In this document: piece by piece, positions 59,914-64,000 of the stretch
Numbering within the stretch: the stretch's first letter is position 1
How the letters are laid out: every line of letters starts with the position of its first letter
NCBI GenBank assembly: GCA_965230915.1
Contig: OZ246395.1
Span: 472,935 to 536,934, forward strand
Reading direction: 5' to 3'
DNA length: 64,000 bases
Source: an uncultured Candidatus Saccharibacteria bacterium
GTDB taxonomy: Bacteria > Patescibacteriota > WWE3 > 2-01-FULL-39-13
Program-made: the position numbers and the translations under genes
The notes under the pieces: model-generated
What the model saw: the letters and a program-made list of their open reading frames with translations, nothing else
The model's database searches: none
Told to the model about the DNA's origin: nothing

Positions 59914-61224
59914 ATGAGCGACGGATTAACTATTAACCCAGACATATCTATCTTTCAAGCCGAAAGATCTTCTAAACATATTACTGTACTAAGTGGTGTT
60001 AATAATTCAGGTAAATCTGCAGTTCTAAAAAGGATCAAAGCACAATTGGGAGTATCAGCCTACTTAATTGGACCTGTACGTTTTTATCATGTACATCAAC
60101 TTGCCTCGCAAGAAAAAGATCCTAACGAGCTACATAACCTCGAATCTCAATTTCAGCAACAATTTACACAAACCAATACAAATCACGAACAAAATTTCCT
60201 TAACTTAACAAATATCCTTATAAATCTTTCTGATACAGATAGAAATAAATTATTTGAAATATGTGGCGAACTCATCGGATCAAAATTTACATTAAAACAA
60301 ACTGACCCTAATAACATAATGAGTATGAGGTATATAGATATGGATGGACAAAATTTGGGGTTGGGAAGTACTGGAACTCGTCTATTAATGACTATGCTCG
60401 GAATATGTATGGATAAAAGGTTTACTACAATTTTAATTGATGAACCTGAACTGGGATTAAGTCCTAAGATCCAGGAAGCTTTTTCTGATTTCTTATTTAA
60501 TGAGAGTCGTAGATCTCAAATATTTCCACATCTAGAAAATATTTATATTGCTACTCACTCTCACCTTTTCTTAGATAGAAAGGATCCAGAAAATAACTTT
60601 ATAATTTCTAAGAACGGGAATACAGTTTCAATCACAAAAATTAAAACAATTAGCGAGCTGCATAGGCTTCAATTTAATCTATTAGGAAACTCACTAGAAA
60701 GAATTTTTCTACCATCAGCCTTCGTTATAGTTGAAGGTCCAAGTGATTTTAAATATTTAAAAAGACTCATCGAGTTGAAATTTCCTGACAAAAGAATAAC
60801 AATTGCAGATGGTCAAGGTGATGTAAAAAGGGTCGTAAATTCGACTATCGAGACTTTAGGTGGAGATCTCAATAAAAGCCCTTATAAAGATAGATTATTT
60901 GTTGTAAACGACTCAGTTACTTCCCCTGGATTAAAAGCTATTCTTGCACAAAAAGGTATTATTGGAGATAAATTCATATCTTGGGATAAAAATGGCATTG
61001 AATATTTATATCCTCCGAACATCCTAGGAGAAATATTTGGAATATCACCTGAAAAAATTTTAAATGAATTACAAATAAATAATGATGATATCGAAGTTAG
61101 GAGTATTAGTCGAAAGAAAAATTCATTGTCAGATGAAATTGTATCAAAGCTTACACCAGATACAGAATTACCAAAAGAACTCATAGATAAATTATTAGAA
61201 CCAATCCTCAGAGCTATTAGCTAA
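59914..61224 (+). CDS. OLD-family ABC ATPase-TOPRIM nuclease
   Basis: GVNNSGKS, STG, LIDEPELGL, ATHS, then IVEGPSD and a downstream D. Confidence 0.88.
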   Translation: MSDGLTINPDISIFQAERSSKHITVLSGVNNSGKSAVLKRIKAQLGVSAYLIGPVRFYHVHQLASQEKDPNELHNLESQFQQQFTQTNTNHEQNFLNLTNILINLSDTDRNKLFEICGELIGSKFTLKQTDPNNIMSMRYIDMDGQNLGLGSTGTRLLMTMLGICMDKRFTTILIDEPELGLSPKIQEAFSDFLFNESRRSQIFPHLENIYIATHSHLFLDRKDPENNFIISKNGNTVSITKIKTISELHRLQFNLLGNSLERIFLPSAFVIVEGPSDFKYLKRLIELKFPDKRITIADGQGDVKRVVNSTIETLGGDLNKSPYKDRLFVVNDSVTSPGLKAILAQKGIIGDKFISWDKNGIEYLYPPNILGEIFGISPEKILNELQINNDDIEVRSISRKKNSLSDEIVSKLTPDTELPKELIDKLLEPILRAIS

Positions 61225-61262
61225 AACTAGTTCGAACACCCTCTACAACAGCCAACCAAGAT

Positions 61263-61463
61263 TTATTTCTTATACTCCAAAATATCAGCGGGCTGACAAT
61301 CTAAAGCTTTGCAAATCGCTTCTAGAGTCGACAAACGAATAGCTTTGGCCTTGCCGTTTTTTAATATAGAAATATTTGCCATTGTAATGCCAACCTTCTC
61401 AGCTAATTCTGTAACACTCATCTTTCGTTTTGCCAACATAACATCAATATTTATTATTATCAT
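61263..61463 (-). CDS. XRE/Cro-like HTH regulator (YozG-like)
   Basis: ANISILKNGKAKAIRLSTLEAICKALDCQPAD. Confidence 0.92.
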   Translation of the reverse strand: MIIINIDVMLAKRKMSVTELAEKVGITMANISILKNGKAKAIRLSTLEAICKALDCQPADILEYKK

Positions 61464-61473
61464 TTTGATCCTC

Positions 61474-61956
61474 TTAAACTGTTAAATCGTTTTCTGATTT
61501 TAAATCTATTCCGTTTTGTAAAATTCTTTGAACGACAGTTGCAAACGTAGCGATTACTACAAATATAAAAGTAGTATATATGCCTAAAGCAGCAACACCT
61601 GCTGCATCTTCACCATTAGCTTTAGCGTTCAGAATAATATAACCTTCACCAAAGAAAATGAATACAGGCAATGCAATTGCACAATATTTTATTTTTTTAA
61701 CCGCTTTTATAGCTGCCTCAGAAAAGACATTATTATCGTCTACATATTCCAAAAGTTTAAATGATTGGTAAAGTCCAATAAAAAATGGGATCGAAGCGAT
61801 GTATCCATAAATTATAAATGGATCAGTATAAATGTTAATTAAATCTAAATTTTGGGCCCTTCCTTCATTTAGCGGGAACATAATCAAGCCAGCAATTGCT
61901 GCAAGAGTAATAAGTATAATAACAACCTTTAAAAAAAATGTGGAAATAGGTTTCAT
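61474..61956 (-). CDS. DUF2975 membrane protein
   Basis: 3-TM protein ending DLKSENDLTV, paired with the YozG-like HTH. Confidence 0.9.
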   Translation of the reverse strand: MKPISTFFLKVVIILITLAAIAGLIMFPLNEGRAQNLDLINIYTDPFIIYGYIASIPFFIGLYQSFKLLEYVDDNNVFSEAAIKAVKKIKYCAIALPVFIFFGEGYIILNAKANGEDAAGVAALGIYTTFIFVVIATFATVVQRILQNGIDLKSENDLTV

Positions 61957-62027
61957 AGATAAATAAATAATTAACTAACCAAATCTTAATACGTTATTTA
62001 TCGTTTGTCAATATATTTTTATCGTTA

Positions 62028-62573
62028 CTATTGCCCGCTGAAACTTTCTTTTAAATCTGCTGAGTACTTTTCCATAAGCTTATGGATTTTGGGGCTAATC
62101 ACAATATCACAGTAAGCGGCATCTTTATGATTATCATAATAATTCTTATGGTAATCTTCTGCCACAAAAAAGTTAGTATACGGAACAATTTCAGTAACTA
62201 TTTGATCTCTATAAATTTTTTGAATTTCTAGTTTTGCTTTTTCTGCTAAATCTTTTTGTTTTTCATCGTGATAAAAAATTACCGAACGATACTGTGGACC
62301 GACATCGTTTCCCTGGCGGTTTAATGTTGTCGGATTATGTGTATTAAAATGAACATCTAATAATTTTTCATATGAAATTACAGACGGATCAAATTCAATC
62401 TGAATTGCTTCAGCATGGCCCGTTCTACCCATAGAAACCTGATCGTAACTTGGGTTATCAACATGACCGCCGGCATACCCAGGTAAAACTGAGTTAACCC
62501 CTTTTAATCTTTTAAAAACCGCTTCTGTGCACCAAAAGCATCCGCCTGCAAATGTTGCTATTTCAGTCTTCAT
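62028..62573 (-). CDS. msrA: Peptide methionine-S-sulfoxide reductase
   Basis: GGCFWC, GHAE, AEDYHKNY. Confidence 0.97.
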   Translation of the reverse strand: MKTEIATFAGGCFWCTEAVFKRLKGVNSVLPGYAGGHVDNPSYDQVSMGRTGHAEAIQIEFDPSVISYEKLLDVHFNTHNPTTLNRQGNDVGPQYRSVIFYHDEKQKDLAEKAKLEIQKIYRDQIVTEIVPYTNFFVAEDYHKNYYDNHKDAAYCDIVISPKIHKLMEKYSADLKESFSGQ

Positions 62574-62955
62574 ATAAAACCTCCGGTAATGGTTGCCCTT
62601 CTTGAATAAATTTAATAGATGGAGAATTTACACAATGACGAGTGTCTTTATCAGTAATGTGTTCCCCTCGAAAGACATGGCCTAAATGTGCTCCACAGTT
62701 TGCGCATAAAATTTCTGTGCGGTATCCATCTGCATCAGTTTCTTCAAGTACTGCCTCTGGAAAAGTGTCATCAAAGGCTGGCCAACCGCAGTGAGCATCG
62801 AACTTTGCCTTCGAAGAAAAAAGTGGGTTATTACAACGTCTGCAAATAAAGGTTCCCTTTTCATAAAAATTATCATATTCGCCGGAGAATGGAGCTTCGG
62901 TCCCTTTTTGTTCAATTATGTATTTTTGATCATCGGTAAGTTTGTTATATGCCAT
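62563..62955 (-). CDS. msrB: Methionine-R-sulfoxide reductase
   Basis: GTEAPF, CGWPAF, HLGHVF, RHCVNS. Confidence 0.96.
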   Translation of the reverse strand: MAYNKLTDDQKYIIEQKGTEAPFSGEYDNFYEKGTFICRRCNNPLFSSKAKFDAHCGWPAFDDTFPEAVLEETDADGYRTEILCANCGAHLGHVFRGEHITDKDTRHCVNSPSIKFIQEGQPLPEVLYED

Positions 62956-63026
62956 AAAGTGAGTATACCCTATTGATCCAGAAGATAATACTAATATAAT
63001 ATAATTATTATTTATTTATTTTTATA

Positions 63027-63788
63027 ATGAGTGATAAAATCTTAAATATAAAAGAAGCTAGCCAACTTCTAAACATACACTGGCAAACCGTTCGAAATTA
63101 TATAAATAGCGGAAAGCTTCCTGCTTCCAAGATTGGAAAAAATATAAGGATTAGGGAGTCAGATGTAATAAGACTATTAAATGGTACTTCTTCTGAATCC
63201 GAGAATGTTGAAATAGAGTTGAGATTTCTAACAGAAAAAAGAACTCAAATAGAGGAAAAATTGTTAAAGATGGGAGCAAAAGTAAGCTACCATGCACTTG
63301 TTATTGACCACTGGTATATCCCGAACGAAATAAAAAATCTAGAAGAGAAGAATGAATATTTTGATACAGGAAAAGGGTTCGGACTAAGGATACGCGAGCA
63401 AGACAATGACTATGTTGGAAAAATGAACACAAGCCTTGAGGTTAAAAGACTAGTAACACCCTTTCAGCATGATACATGCATAGAACAGGAAATCCCAGTT
63501 ACTTCATATGATGAAACAGATAGATTATTAAGACTTATGAATTTTAAAGAGTTTATAACTATAGAAAAAGATAGACTAATTTATAAACTTAAAGATATAA
63601 AAGTTGTAATTGATGATATCAAAAATTTTGCGACGGGAGTTGAAATAGAAATAATGACAAATAAAGGTAGAGACTTCGCAATACCAATTATCAAAAATTT
63701 GGCTGAAGAACTTGGCTTAGATCTAGCTAACGAACTAACTGAGAAAAGCGTCACATATGAAGCAATGGTAAAACTTGCAATATTTTAA
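63027..63788 (+). CDS. Excisionase-like HTH fused to CYTH domain
   Basis: LNIKEASQLL...TVRNYI..GKLPA.KIG...RI, then EIELR, LRIR, EK.R, VEIE. Confidence 0.82.
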   Translation: MSDKILNIKEASQLLNIHWQTVRNYINSGKLPASKIGKNIRIRESDVIRLLNGTSSESENVEIELRFLTEKRTQIEEKLLKMGAKVSYHALVIDHWYIPNEIKNLEEKNEYFDTGKGFGLRIREQDNDYVGKMNTSLEVKRLVTPFQHDTCIEQEIPVTSYDETDRLLRLMNFKEFITIEKDRLIYKLKDIKVVIDDIKNFATGVEIEIMTNKGRDFAIPIIKNLAEELGLDLANELTEKSVTYEAMVKLAIF

Positions 63789-63790
63789 AC

Positions 63791-63844
63791 AAAAAGCCCA
63801 GACCTATTTCGTTACCAAAAGTTCGGTAATAAAATAGATCTGGG
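63791..63844 (-). terminator. Interrupted-hairpin terminator
   Basis: CCCAGATCTATTT...AAATAGGTCTGGG followed by CTTTTTGTTT. Confidence 0.7.
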
Positions 63845-63868
63845 TACAACCATAGATAGGCACAAACC

Positions 63869-64000
63869 TTAGGCATCCGTAGGCATCAACCCTGCAATTA
63901 TTCCCTCAAGCCTAGGATCAATCTCCAGGAACCTACGCAGATACTCTAAACGTGGAGACCCAGCTATAGCAAACCAGACTGGGATATGCCATGACTGTCC
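63869..64000 (-). CDS. 3' end of a hypothetical gene truncated by the window edge
   Basis: Open frame ...GQSWHIPVWFAIAGSPRLEYLRRFLEIDPRLEGIIAGLMPTDA-stop followed by a terminator. Confidence 0.5.
   Translation of the reverse strand, partial: GQSWHIPVWFAIAGSPRLEYLRRFLEIDPRLEGIIAGLMPTDA

Noticed and set aside
43147-61224. UvrD plus OLD as a Gabija system
   Set aside because: Genes are about 14 kb apart, and the helicase is a housekeeping-type fusion with its own nuclease
12373-63844. Long hairpins after orphan genes as integron attC sites
   Set aside because: No consistent RYYYAAC/GTTRRRY ends, no array and no intI; several have T-tracts typical of terminators
1-64000. CRISPR array, prophage, IS element or reverse-transcriptase system
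   Set aside because: No regularly spaced repeats and no cas, phage structural, transposase, integrase or RT motifs among the ORFs

Overview
AT-rich chromosomal window from a reduced-genome bacterium, most consistent with Patescibacteria/CPR (Microgenomates/WWE3-like). This is inferred from domain-trimmed PheT, ThrS and trigger factor, a C1:G72 tRNA-Tyr, dispersed single tRNAs and widespread apparently leaderless genes. Core content: pheT-pheS-rplT-rpmI-infC-thrS, clpP-tig, a MacAB-like exporter, trmD, a UvrD-nuclease fusion, femX, rsmA, hrcA-grpE-dnaK-dnaJ-polX, two class A PBPs, sortase plus a LysM protein, sodA, msrAB and 14 CCA-encoding tRNA genes. No rRNA, CRISPR array, integrase or transposase was seen. 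Main points of interest: (1) candidate defence genes directly behind tRNA 3' ends without an integrase (membrane DUF6680-like plus HEPN pair, Abi-alpha-like protein, standalone OLD ATPase-TOPRIM); (2) a recurring copy/inverted-copy footprint at the ends of three tRNA genes; (3) secreted proteins with a Chloroflexota-like C-terminal YLP tail; (4) a three-way-junction RNA with an alanine-type acceptor stem behind the sortase operon; (5) a class of orphan cassettes with SD motifs and their own long terminators, set among leaderless core genes. Protein family calls come from motif recognition only; no searches were run.
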